Shown one piece after another: positions 48,547 to 57,717 of a DNA stretch of 64,000 bases (positions within the stretch are counted from its first letter, which is position 1; every line of letters starts with the position of its first letter). Source of the stretch: Candidatus Uhrbacteria bacterium RIFCSPLOWO2_01_FULL_47_25 (lineage in GTDB: Bacteria; Patescibacteriota; Patescibacteriia; GWA2-46-9); the NCBI GenBank assembly GCA_001791325.1, contig MGEK01000033.1, positions 8,370 through 72,369 on the forward strand, in the 5' to 3' direction. Both the position numbers and the translations under genes were made by a program. The notes under the pieces are model-generated. The model was not told where the DNA came from. It did not search any database and saw only the letters and a program-made list of their open reading frames with translations.

Positions 48547-48581
48547 AATTTCATCATACTAGTATACTAGTATGATGAAAT
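48547..48581. repeat. ACTAGT-centred palindrome (ATTTCATCATACTAGTATACTAGTATGATGAAAT)
   Basis: Perfect inverted repeat read directly. Belongs with similar sites at 49566, 53551 and 61907. Confidence 0.6.
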
Positions 48582-48683
48582 TTGATTTAGGATCATACTG
48601 GCACTCGCACGCTCTTTGGATCCAAAGTCAATTTTATTACCGCATAACTAGCCAAGCATTGGCCGTTGTAGTAATATATCTAC

Positions 48684-49394
48684 ATGATTCCCATCGTCTC
48701 TTTGACTAATTTAATTAGCGCCATTGTCTCTATTGTCATTGGCGGTAATTTACTTGTCGCCTATCGGCGGAATCATAATGTTGCCGTTTTTTGGTTTATT
48801 CTGTTTTATTTAGCTTTTGCCGTTAGTTGGTTAATAGCGGCCGCGCCTGAACTGGTTTTGAAGGATCCATACGCCGTTATGGCATCAAGTATTGTCGCTT
48901 TTTTTTTCCAATATCTCGCTTATTTCGCCGTGATTCAGGTGCCATTCATTTTTTTGCGAAAGCGCGAGTGGGGAGCAATAGCCAGTGCTTTGATAGCAAT
49001 GACTGGGATAATATTTGTTATCGGACGCCTCTATAATCTTCAGCCGCATAGCCGAGAGATTATCAGTAACGTTTTTGGTACGTATATTTTTTGGCGTCCG
49101 GTCTTTCATCCTTGGTTGAGGGTTATGACCGGAGTGGTGGGCGGTGGTGTTGCTGTTTTCTGTGCCATTATTTTTTTCTACCTGGGGTGGCAAGATCGTT
49201 CAAATCGTCTAGTTTTCGCCAGGTCAATGTATCTGGGCAGCGGCACGACAATTTTATTTATTGGTTCAATCATTGTGTATTTTATATCAACCACAGGCGC
49301 GTTTTTTGCTCTTAGTATCGCTTCTATCTTCGTTATTGTCGGCTTGTTGGTAATTTTTAAAGGAATTCTGCACGAAGACCGCGCTAATCCTTAA
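48684..49394 (+). CDS. Hypothetical polytopic membrane protein
   Basis: 236 aa, 6-7 TM helices. Confidence 0.4.
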   Translation: MIPIVSLTNLISAIVSIVIGGNLLVAYRRNHNVAVFWFILFYLAFAVSWLIAAAPELVLKDPYAVMASSIVAFFFQYLAYFAVIQVPFIFLRKREWGAIASALIAMTGIIFVIGRLYNLQPHSREIISNVFGTYIFWRPVFHPWLRVMTGVVGGGVAVFCAIIFFYLGWQDRSNRLVFARSMYLGSGTTILFIGSIIVYFISTTGAFFALSIASIFVIVGLLVIFKGILHEDRANP

Positions 49395-49565
49395 TCTTGC
49401 CAAGATGGACGTTGTTTTTGTTTGCGTATAATTGAGCAACTTCATTTTTGATCAGAACGGCCGCTTGTGTTATTTGCACTTTGAGGTTTTTGTGGGAAGT
49501 ATCAAAGGTATAGATAAAAGGAATTTTTTATAATCCATTCTGCGATTAGGGCATAATTATTTTTT

Positions 49566-49591
49566 GCTTCAGTGTACTAGTACACTGAAGC
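49566..49591. repeat. ACTAGT-centred palindrome (GCTTCAGTGTACTAGTACACTGAAGC)
   Basis: Perfect 26-bp palindrome between convergent genes. Confidence 0.6.
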
Positions 49592-49663
49592 AAGGGGTAT
49601 TTCGGTTAAAATTGAAATAATGTTGACGGGTTGTCCGGTAAATTTAATTATTAGTTTGCAGTA

Positions 49664-50434
49664 TCAAGATATCATTACCGCTATTCCAACGTCAGCCCAG
49701 TCATATAGCCGGCCCATATATTCTTGTTTGTGCGGCACATTCACACAGCCATGGCTTTTTGGTTTGCCAAAATCATTGTGCCAATAAGCGCCGTGAACAT
49801 AGAAGTTATAACCTCTTCCCTCTTTGAACATTAAATTCCATTTAGTATTTGGAAAATCGTAACCTGGACCAGCATAATGAACTGTTGGACGCTTTTTGAT
49901 CACCGTAAAATTACCACTAGGCGTTGGCGTGCGCGGCAATCCTGAAGAAATTTTAAAGTCGTCAAGTTTTGCATTTCCAAAGAAGTACTGAAGCGACTGA
50001 TTTTTTAAATTGACCTCAATGCGTTTGGCGATTTTTTCTGTGCCTGAAGATAGGGGATCATAGCCATTGCGAACCTCCTCGCCGTCTTTATATCCGTCTC
50101 TATCTGTGTCTGGATTATTCAAATGCGTGCCTAGAGCAATCTCCCAATCATCCCAAAGGCCATCTTTGTCTGTGTCTATTTCGCGCATTTTTTGCCTGTT
50201 ATTGCGCAACGGGGAATAGCCGTTTTTAATTTCTTCGCCGTCAGAAAAACTATCACCATCGCTATCATAATGATTCGGATTGGTATGGTAGATATTCAAT
50301 TCGTCCTCATCCAGAAGTCCGTCATTGTCACTGTCGTCCAATGAGCTAACCTGGGCGTTTATGGGGTTGGGCACGAACAAAACAAAAACCATTGATAAGA
50401 TTAAAGTTATGCCCAAGTTTTTAGCGCAAATCAT
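49664..50434 (-). CDS. L,D-transpeptidase (YkuD domain) with N-terminal thrombospondin-type-3-like Ca-binding Asp repeats
   Basis: Signal peptide. DxDxDG-like repeats (DSDNDGLLDEDE, DSDGDSFSDGEE, DTDKDGLWDDWE, DTDRDGYKDGEE). YkuD active site SHGCVNV. Confidence 0.65.
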   Translation of the reverse strand: MICAKNLGITLILSMVFVLFVPNPINAQVSSLDDSDNDGLLDEDELNIYHTNPNHYDSDGDSFSDGEEIKNGYSPLRNNRQKMREIDTDKDGLWDDWEIALGTHLNNPDTDRDGYKDGEEVRNGYDPLSSGTEKIAKRIEVNLKNQSLQYFFGNAKLDDFKISSGLPRTPTPSGNFTVIKKRPTVHYAGPGYDFPNTKWNLMFKEGRGYNFYVHGAYWHNDFGKPKSHGCVNVPHKQEYMGRLYDWADVGIAVMIS

Positions 50435-50593
50435 GTTGTTAGGTATTGAGGGTATTAAGTTTATGTTATTATAACATACTAAATAAAATTTAGCAAATCA
50501 TATTGACAATGATTAGATTTTATAGTTTAATGTGAGAATAAAATATATTAAAACATAATTTTGGTATTTTTGTAATCTTTTTGGTATAATATA

Positions 50594-50693
50594 AATCCCG
50601 TTAGAAATTTCCGCGGGGTATTTAAATCCCCGCGGGAATTACCTCAAACATCAACCCGCGCCACAAGCGGCGGGGTATTATTTCTAACGGGAT
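50594..50693. mobile_element. MITE-like element copy 4 (shorter, divergent)
   Basis: ATCCCGTTAGAAATTT … AAATTTCTAACGGGAT with internal CCGCGGGG/CCCCGCGGG hairpins. Confidence 0.55.
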
Positions 50694-50769
50694 AAAAAAG
50701 GTCCTGCGCGTCATGTTGACCACGCAGGACCGAAGGGCAAAGTCTCATCCGGAAGAAGCTTTGAATGCT

Positions 50770-51252
50770 TTAGATTTCTAAGCTACGCTTTGGCACTAGT
50801 CTCACTTCCACCAGCCACCGCCAGCCCTTGCCCCGAATGTAGTCAGTCCAGCAGAAGTCCGAGCCGCCGTTCGAGTAGACGAACGGGAAGCTGACGACGC
50901 CGCCTGGGCCCACCCACGAGGGATCGGCAATGCCACGCGGGTGCTGGCCGTCTGGCTGAAACATCTGTTTGACGGCCTCCCGCCACTGCCCTTCGGGAAC
51001 CCTCCCGTGCTTCACGCACTTCGCGCGCACGGTCTTGATATTTGGCGGGTAGCCGACGGCTACCCATTTGAAGAGACGGGTCTGCCTTCCCCTGACCCGT
51101 TGGCCTGTGAACTGCCAGCGCTTCGGGTCGTAGCCGTCCTGCCGCACCATCTCGAGCGGGTCGTGAGCGTCCCCGTCGAGCGTCAGCTCGAAGACTTCGT
51201 CATCGGCGGGATAGGTGCGGGGCTGGGCTGCGGCTGTCCCATGAATTGCCAT
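50770..51252 (-). CDS. Hypothetical protein, high-GC
   Basis: 160-aa ORF at ~60% GC, well above flanking DNA. Confidence 0.35.
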   Translation of the reverse strand: MAIHGTAAAQPRTYPADDEVFELTLDGDAHDPLEMVRQDGYDPKRWQFTGQRVRGRQTRLFKWVAVGYPPNIKTVRAKCVKHGRVPEGQWREAVKQMFQPDGQHPRGIADPSWVGPGGVVSFPFVYSNGGSDFCWTDYIRGKGWRWLVEVRLVPKRSLEI

Positions 51253-51488
51253 ACTGTTCCTCCTTAATTCTGTTGGAGGTTCGCTTTTTACTCTGCACCT
51301 ACAGAGCCAAAGCTCACCACGTTCATCATTACTGCTCTCTACGTATAACGGGTATACTGTTTATACCTACAGAGCAGTAATGATTGTCTCCGTTGCGCAG
51401 GTTTTTAAAGAACGCCTCATTGTAGCATTGACAGGGGTTTTATGTCAAGGCATATTAAGGCGCAAGGGTGAATGTCAGTATTTTGGTC

Positions 51489-51508
51489 AATGTTCCACGT
51501 GGAACATT
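51489..51508. promoter_or_regulatory. 20-bp perfect palindrome AATGTTCCACGTGGAACATT (CACGTG core), candidate operator
   Basis: Read directly. Lies between the divergent gene 50770..51252 and tRNA-Ala. Confidence 0.35.
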
Positions 51509-51555
51509 TTTATATAATATATTATTATATTATGTCAAGAATATGTTATAATACA

Positions 51556-51584
51556 TTGACAGAAATATAATACTGTGTTATAAT
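51556..51584 (+). promoter_or_regulatory. Consensus sigma70 promoter (TTGACA, 17 nt spacer, TATAAT) for tRNA-Ala(GGC)
   Basis: cattTTGACAgaaatataatactgtgtTATAATc, about 55 nt upstream of the tRNA. Confidence 0.55.
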
Positions 51585-51638
51585 CTTTATTCTTGAATAA
51601 TATATGCTACTCTGCTAGTATATTCAGACTAGAATCAT

Positions 51639-51709
51639 GGGCCTGTGGTATAACGGTAACACGCGGGCATGGCATGCTCGAGTCGAGGGTTCAACTCCCT
51701 CCAGGTCCA
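51639..51709 (+). tRNA. tRNA-Ala (anticodon GGC) with G3:U70
   Basis: Acceptor GGGCCTG/CAGGTCC with G3:U70. Anticodon stem CGGGC/GCTCG with loop ATGGCAT. T-stem GAGGG/CCCTC with loop TTCAACT. Confidence 0.7.
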
Positions 51710-51745
51710 TTTTTTGCCAATTTCTATAATTAATTTCGAACTTTT

Positions 51746-52201
51746 ATGGAAAAACGAAGCAAAAATATACAAACAGTACTTAACATCTTGCAGGATGAAG
51801 TAAATGGCGATATCCTATCTGCGCTCAAAAAAATGACTAAGGATTACACAATGACTTGGGTTGATGCTGGGATTAATGGGAATCAATTGTTTCCCACTAC
51901 AAAGAAGAACATTCAGGATGATATGAAAGAAGCCTATGTAATAAAAGGTAGAGAGTATGACATACGGAACATTGCCGAAGGAGATGGAGTAGTGTTCGTT
52001 GAGCTTATTGAAAGTTTCCCAAATCAAAGAACAAAAAAGTTTTATCGAACGCCGCTCGTTCTTGTTTTGGAAATGAAAAAAGGAAAAATTAGAACCGGAA
52101 GACATTACCTTGATCCATGTTTATCTGGAAAGTTTTTGACCAAAGCACAAATAGAAAAAGCATACAAAAACAGTAGGGGGTCACAGATGATAATTCAATA
52201 G
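51746..52201 (+). CDS. Hypothetical protein, paralog B of 13509..13961
   Basis: 151 aa, ~80% identical to paralog A. Starts 37 nt after tRNA-Ala(GGC). Confidence 0.5.
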   Translation: MEKRSKNIQTVLNILQDEVNGDILSALKKMTKDYTMTWVDAGINGNQLFPTTKKNIQDDMKEAYVIKGREYDIRNIAEGDGVVFVELIESFPNQRTKKFYRTPLVLVLEMKKGKIRTGRHYLDPCLSGKFLTKAQIEKAYKNSRGSQMIIQ

Positions 52202-52289
52202 AGCTATTGCAAGTTCGTTGTATTCTTTTAGTTCAGCCTTGTGCATGTGATTTTAATGCCAGTTCCTCTATAATAAATTTAACACTATT

Positions 52290-53510
52290 ATGCAAACAGA
52301 ATCAGGGTTTTACGGCCTGGGCATAGCGCCTAAACTTATGGAAGCGGTAAAGCGCGCCAAATTCGCTGTCCCAACTCCCATCCAGCGCAAATCAATTCCC
52401 GTGGCTATTGAAGGAAAAGATATTATTGGTATTGCCCAGACTGGCACGGGCAAGACCCTCGCCTTTGGGGTGCCGATGCTTCAGCGTTTGGCACAGGTGA
52501 AAGGACGCGGACTTGTAGTTTTACCCACTCGCGAGCTCGCTCTGCAGGTTGATGAAATGCTTCATAAAATCGGCCGCTCCTTGGGGCTTCGCACGGCCGT
52601 GCTCATCGGCGGCGCTTCAATGGTTAATCAAAAAAAGATGCTGCGGCGCACCCCTCACATTCTCATCGCTACTCCCGGACGGCTCATTGATCATCTTGAA
52701 CAGAAAAACGTTAACTTGCATGATATTCGCGTGTTGGTTCTTGATGAAGCCGACCGCATGCTTGATATGGGTTTTGCGCCGCAGCTGCAGCGCATTTTAA
52801 AGGCCATTCCACGCGAGCGCCAAACAATGCTTTTTTCAGCAACCATGCCCGACAAGATCGTTGCTATTGCGCGCAGCTATATGAAACTGCCGGTGCGAGT
52901 TGAGGTTGCTCCGTCCGGAACAGTTGCCGAACGCGTAACGCACGAGCTTTTTGTTGTCAAGCGCGAGGACAAGATAAATCTTCTTACCAAATTACTTGAA
53001 ACCTATCGCGGCCCGGTGCTGGTGTTTTCTCGTACAAAATTTGGTATTAGGCGGATTGTTCAGGCGCTGCGGGCTGCCGGCCTCAGCGCTGGTGAGCTTC
53101 ATTCTAACCGGTCGCTTGCCCAACGTCGTGAAGCGCTTGATGGTTTTAAGTCCGGGAAGTACCGCGTGTTGGTGGCGACCGATATTGCCGCGCGGGGGAT
53201 TGATGTTGTTGGTATTGAGCTTGTGGTGAATTATGATATTCCCGAAAATCCCGAAGATTATATTCATCGCGTTGGACGCACTGGCCGAGCTGGCGAAACC
53301 GGCCACGCCATATCTTTTGCCACCGCCGATCAAGGAGCTGACGTGCGTGCCATTGAAAAGCTTGTGCGGGTTAATTTACCGATATCAAAATTGCCCGGGC
53401 TGCCTCCGCCGAGACTAGAGCCGCGCCACGAGCCTCGCGCGAATAGACGATATTCGCGCCCGCCGCGCCGCGGTGGTTTGTATCGGACTCGTCATCGTCA
53501 TTCAAGATAA
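52290..53510 (+). CDS. DEAD-box ATP-dependent RNA helicase
   Basis: Q-motif region, AQTGTGKT, DEAD, SAT, HRVGRTGRAG. Arg-rich C-terminal tail. Confidence 0.85.
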   Translation: MQTESGFYGLGIAPKLMEAVKRAKFAVPTPIQRKSIPVAIEGKDIIGIAQTGTGKTLAFGVPMLQRLAQVKGRGLVVLPTRELALQVDEMLHKIGRSLGLRTAVLIGGASMVNQKKMLRRTPHILIATPGRLIDHLEQKNVNLHDIRVLVLDEADRMLDMGFAPQLQRILKAIPRERQTMLFSATMPDKIVAIARSYMKLPVRVEVAPSGTVAERVTHELFVVKREDKINLLTKLLETYRGPVLVFSRTKFGIRRIVQALRAAGLSAGELHSNRSLAQRREALDGFKSGKYRVLVATDIAARGIDVVGIELVVNYDIPENPEDYIHRVGRTGRAGETGHAISFATADQGADVRAIEKLVRVNLPISKLPGLPPPRLEPRHEPRANRRYSRPPRRGGLYRTRHRHSR

Positions 53511-53550
53511 TTTAGATTCAGCCCTTTCGCTTTTTTCTGTTAATTTTGCT

Positions 53551-53578
53551 TATATCACCATACTAGTATGGTGATATA
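53551..53578. repeat. ACTAGT-centred palindrome (TATATCACCATACTAGTATGGTGATATA)
   Basis: Perfect 28-bp palindrome downstream of the helicase gene. Confidence 0.6.
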
Positions 53579-53744
53579 AAATGAAAGTAAGATGGCGGTT
53601 TGGTTAGGACTAAAGTTTTTTTATCGCCAAAGAAGAGTAGGGGATAATTTTAGAACATTGTGATTATTGGCTAGATTTGAGATTGATTATTAAGACGAAA
53701 TGCAGTAAAATACAATCCTAAAGTGCCTAATTAATTTCTTAAAT

Positions 53745-54071
53745 ATGAGTGAAGTAATTTTCACCGATCAAAATTTTCAGAGCGAAGTTTTGTCTTCTGA
53801 TGTGCTGGTATTGGTTGATTTTTGGGCGCCGTGGTGCGCGCCTTGCCGCGTGTCAGGACCGCTTGTTGAACGAGTGGCCAATAAAATGTCCAGCCGACCA
53901 ATCAAAATAGGCAAGTTCAATGTTGACGAGAATCAGGAGACACCGCAGAAATATGGTATTATGAGTATTCCTACTTTTTTGCTTTTTAAAGCCGGTAAAG
54001 TAGTAGAGCAAATGATTGGCGTGCCCACCGAGGATGGCCTGATAGTCAAACTGGAAAGTCATATAAATTAG
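53745..54071 (+). CDS. trxA: Thioredoxin
   Basis: WCAPC active site (FWAPWCAPCRV) and thioredoxin-fold length. Confidence 0.8.
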   Translation: MSEVIFTDQNFQSEVLSSDVLVLVDFWAPWCAPCRVSGPLVERVANKMSSRPIKIGKFNVDENQETPQKYGIMSIPTFLLFKAGKVVEQMIGVPTEDGLIVKLESHIN

Positions 54072-54115
54072 TGTTTTTTAGTTTTTAATATTTAGTGTAT
54101 ATTTAGTGGAATAAT

Positions 54116-54502
54116 ATGGACAAGAAAACAATAAACTATATTAGCGGGGGAATAGTCGTGGTGGCGATCATCGTTGGGCTAGTGGTATTTTTTTCATCCA
54201 ATAACAGCCAGCCGGGGAAATTTGATGAATTCGCTAAGTGTTTGAGTGACAAAGGCGCGGTGTTCTATGGCGCTTTTTGGTGCCCGCATTGCAAAAACCA
54301 AAAAGCATCATTTGGGAAATCTGTGGATTACTTGAATTATGTTGAGTGTTCAACACCAGATGGGAGAGGGCGAACACAGGAGTGCAAAGACAAAAAAATT
54401 GAGGGCTATCCAACCTGGGAATTTTCCGACGGCTCGCGCGAGTCGGGCGAGCTATCACTCTCACGCCTAGCCGAGAAGACCGGCTGCGCCCTCCCCGAGT
54501 AG
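54116..54502 (+). CDS. Membrane-anchored thioredoxin-like thiol-disulfide oxidoreductase (VKOR-associated/DsbA-like Trx domain type)
   Basis: N-terminal TM. CPHC active site (FWCPHC). YPTWEF segment typical of this family. Confidence 0.55.
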   Translation: MDKKTINYISGGIVVVAIIVGLVVFFSSNNSQPGKFDEFAKCLSDKGAVFYGAFWCPHCKNQKASFGKSVDYLNYVECSTPDGRGRTQECKDKKIEGYPTWEFSDGSRESGELSLSRLAEKTGCALPE

Positions 54503-54588
54503 TTCCGTGGGGGAACCATGTCTCTGGTAACCGCTGCCCTAAACTACGTTGTCGCGGCGCTGCTGCTCGTTCAGCGCAGCGCACGTGT

Positions 54589-54924
54589 TTGAAAGGTATG
54601 GGAGCACCAATTTTTCATGGTATCGGTGCTTCGACAGGAGAAGCAGAGGGTGCGGTGCGTATTGTGCGCAGCCATGCGGACTCATCACGCTTTCAAGATG
54701 GCGACGTGCTCGTCACGAAGATCACCGATCCCACGATGGTGGCGATGATGGGTCGAGCAGCGGCTATCATCTGCGACATTGGGAGCATCACGTCGCATCC
54801 CTCAATCGTCTCGCGGGAGATGGGGATACCCTGCGTGGTGAACACCCAAGTCGCCACCACCACGTTACGTGACGGTCAGCGCGTACGCGTGAACGGGTCG
54901 ACAGGCGAAGTCTATCTTATTTGA
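54589..54924 (+). CDS. Stand-alone PEP-utilising enzyme mobile (phosphohistidine swivel) domain protein
   Basis: GSITSHPSIVSREMGIPCVV parallels the phosphohistidine loop of PpsA (GGRTSHAAIVSRELGIPAVV, same window). Only 111 aa, with no ATP-grasp or PEP-binding domain. Confidence 0.6.
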   Translation: MKGMGAPIFHGIGASTGEAEGAVRIVRSHADSSRFQDGDVLVTKITDPTMVAMMGRAAAIICDIGSITSHPSIVSREMGIPCVVNTQVATTTLRDGQRVRVNGSTGEVYLI

Positions 54925-56015
54925 GATTTGAGCGTATGATCAGCGACCAGTTGGTCGACGAATATCTCGACGCCGTGGCGCCCGCTTGGTGCGCCATGGA
55001 TTTCCTGACGTTTGCTGAAACCATTGACGTGTTCCTTTATGATCCGCTGATTGCGCTGGAGTGGACCGAGCTCCACACGCTGCCCATGCTCGACACTGTT
55101 GCCGTGAAGCGACTTGACAGCCGCACCGTGGCACAACTGCTCCACGACAGCCCCAGCGTCATCCGTTGTCTGATGCACTACGACATTCTCATGGCGAAGT
55201 GTGCACGACTCGGTACCGCTGCCTACCTTCGTATTTTTGATTTCTACCAAGACGTTCTGCAAGCACTCTGCAAGGAGGACGTCTTCGCGAAGAGATTCAG
55301 GAACATCATTCACGCTGCCGAGCAAGTTCGGGGCATGGTCGGTCGACTACGGCCAAGCAGTCCAACTGTCGCACGTGCGTTGGGGAGGCTGGCCAATGCT
55401 TGCTACAATCTTTCCTACGGTTTGTACTCTGATATGAACCCGCAGCTCGTCTACGACAACCTCGGTCCCTACGTACGGCCAGACGGTCGACTATTCGTCC
55501 TGAAGATTTTTCACAACCTGAAGCCCGTCGAGCTCTGGCCAGAAACCGCTTCTCTGCCCGTGGGCGCGATCGACGTGGGGGTTCTGCTCGAGGGAGTAAC
55601 ACTCAAAGTCGATGCGGCCACGCACGCTATCTACGAAGGGGATCAGGTGAACGGCCTACGTGGCTGGTGGTGTGAAGCCGACGGCAAGGCGTTGCCGCTC
55701 GAGGCGATTGATGATGTACGCCAGCGCCTTGAGGCTACAGCGGTAGCCGTGTACGAGCAGGTAAAACAGTTCAACTTCGAAAAAAAGAAAGAGTTCTACT
55801 GCTTCCAGAAGGCTTGGGGTTACAAGAAGCTCTATGATGTCCTTGACCTCGACTGGCGCCCACCGCCGGCCGTGCTCGCCGCGGCTCGAGGTAAGTCACT
55901 ATTCACCAATTGGAATATCCCCGAGGACAAAAAGCAAGCAGTCACCCTCCTGTGTCAGGTGTTTGATCCGCGGAGAGAGGTTCCAGCAGAAGCATTTAAG
56001 GGTGAAACGGATTAA
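54921..56015 (+). CDS. Hypothetical protein (364 aa), operonic with the PEP-utiliser domain gene
   Basis: 4-nt ATGA overlap with the upstream gene. No recognisable motif. Confidence 0.4.
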   Translation: MRFERMISDQLVDEYLDAVAPAWCAMDFLTFAETIDVFLYDPLIALEWTELHTLPMLDTVAVKRLDSRTVAQLLHDSPSVIRCLMHYDILMAKCARLGTAAYLRIFDFYQDVLQALCKEDVFAKRFRNIIHAAEQVRGMVGRLRPSSPTVARALGRLANACYNLSYGLYSDMNPQLVYDNLGPYVRPDGRLFVLKIFHNLKPVELWPETASLPVGAIDVGVLLEGVTLKVDAATHAIYEGDQVNGLRGWWCEADGKALPLEAIDDVRQRLEATAVAVYEQVKQFNFEKKKEFYCFQKAWGYKKLYDVLDLDWRPPPAVLAAARGKSLFTNWNIPEDKKQAVTLLCQVFDPRREVPAEAFKGETD

Positions 56016-56122
56016 AGTTCATAAGCAGTCCATCTACGTGTGGTGATCCTTACTCATTTTGCGTCGTAAAGGTGGGTATGCTAGGCTGGGTGTATCATTC
56101 AGCGTGCTTTAAATAGTCCATT

Positions 56123-57031
56123 ATGCCCAGAGAGGCCGAAACTCCCGAAGTCCACGAACGAGAGCCGCAGCAGCGCCTCGAGACGATCATTTACTTCGTC
56201 CGTCATGGTGCGGCGGAGGCGATGGCTGGGGCGGATCGAGACCCGACCATTGACCGTCAGCGGCACTTGAGCCCTGAGGGGCGACAGCAGGCAGAGGCCG
56301 CGGGGAGAAAAATTGCTGACGAGCTTAAATCTTTAGAGTCGGGGGACGTCATCTTCTCCCGCTCAAGCCCCTACCCACGAGCGGTGGAGACAGTGGGGAT
56401 CGTGCGCGATGAAGTACTCAAAGCGCTGCCTGGTCGGGCGCTCGTCGTCCCGATTTCCAGGAAGCCAACCAGAAACGAGTACCGCTTTCCCCTCACGAGT
56501 TTTGATGCCTACAGCGTAGGGACTGAACGTCGCGGCACAACCAAGGGGCTTCCAGAGGAGTGGGTTCGTGACCCATCTGTTTTCCAGCGTGACCTCGATG
56601 AGGCTGGGGCCATGGAGACCGCCCAGGGAATACTCAATGAGCGAACTATGAACCTTCAACGCATTGCTGCTAGATGGGAGCGAACTGGACGGCTGCTCGG
56701 CGCAAAATGGCAGCGAGATGCGCTGGAGGGGGGCCTAGAGCCGGCAGCCATAAGAGCTCCACGGCTTGTCATTTTGATCGGTTCGCACGGCGGCCTTATG
56801 CCTGAACCTTGGCTCAATGAGGCAGTGCGTCAGTACGAACAGGAAAACGGTGACAGCGTTTCGCCAGAGCTTAGCTACGGTGAATACTTCAAAGTCCACT
56901 TCCCCGCCAATGTGGAGACGGCGCCAACCTTGACGCTTCATGGGAAAGACATCCCGCTTCGGGTAGAACTTTTCCGACGGCTCAAGAGAGAGCGGAGAGC
57001 TGACACTGGAAAGACTGGCCGAAAAAACTAG
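56123..57031 (+). CDS. Histidine phosphatase superfamily (phosphoglycerate-mutase-like) protein
   Basis: N-terminal RHG motif in IYFVRHGAAE. Downstream His/Arg positions are consistent with branch-1 histidine phosphatases. Confidence 0.5.
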   Translation: MPREAETPEVHEREPQQRLETIIYFVRHGAAEAMAGADRDPTIDRQRHLSPEGRQQAEAAGRKIADELKSLESGDVIFSRSSPYPRAVETVGIVRDEVLKALPGRALVVPISRKPTRNEYRFPLTSFDAYSVGTERRGTTKGLPEEWVRDPSVFQRDLDEAGAMETAQGILNERTMNLQRIAARWERTGRLLGAKWQRDALEGGLEPAAIRAPRLVILIGSHGGLMPEPWLNEAVRQYEQENGDSVSPELSYGEYFKVHFPANVETAPTLTLHGKDIPLRVELFRRLKRERRADTGKTGRKN

Positions 57032-57255
57032 CTGCGAATTACCGAAGTGATTACGGGGCGCCATTGGTCATTGGCTACACCACTATTCCCGTGATGTCAC
57101 TCATGGCGTTTGTTTTAATCACAGAGTTATTGATTGTGTATCGTCGGATCAATCAAACAAAAAACGACCTGCTATTTGCGAAAGAGTCACAGTTCGTTCC
57201 TGTTGTACTCAATTCTCAATGCTTGAATGGTGTCTTTTATTCCTCAAGGTGCTAC

Positions 57256-57675
57256 TTACTTGGGGCTATCAAGTGCTTCCAATGTAAGTCTCGTATCTCG
57301 AATAGCAGCCTTGGATAGACTATCGAGTTCAACGCCCTCTCGCAAAGCTACTTCGGCAATAGCTTGTGCACTTTTTTGGAGTTCTATCAATTGTTGGCGT
57401 ACGGCTTCACTGACCTGTTCACGTGAAACAACCGCGTTCTCACCACTTTCTGAAAATTTTGGCAGTCCTGTCGCCGCAAGATTCATCCGAGTAACTTCAG
57501 ATGCTGTAGTAACTTTACTGCCCTCATCTTCTTGGTCTCTTGGTTTTTCTACCGGAACGCTTTCTGGAGGCATCCGACGAGCAAGCCTGTCCATTGCCCG
57601 TTGTGTTTCGGGCGGTAATCCGGCGGGTGGTTGCGCTTCTGGTCCTTGATTATGTTGTGGCGTTTCTCCACGCAT
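57256..57675 (-). CDS. Hypothetical protein (Pro/Glu-rich N-terminus)
   Basis: 139 aa. Last gene of a same-strand cluster. No motif. Confidence 0.35.
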   Translation of the reverse strand: MRGETPQHNQGPEAQPPAGLPPETQRAMDRLARRMPPESVPVEKPRDQEDEGSKVTTASEVTRMNLAATGLPKFSESGENAVVSREQVSEAVRQQLIELQKSAQAIAEVALREGVELDSLSKAAIRDTRLTLEALDSPK

Positions 57676-57717
57676 ATAGTTTGAGTTAGTTAGTAAGTTA
57701 GAATAAATGAAGTAAAG

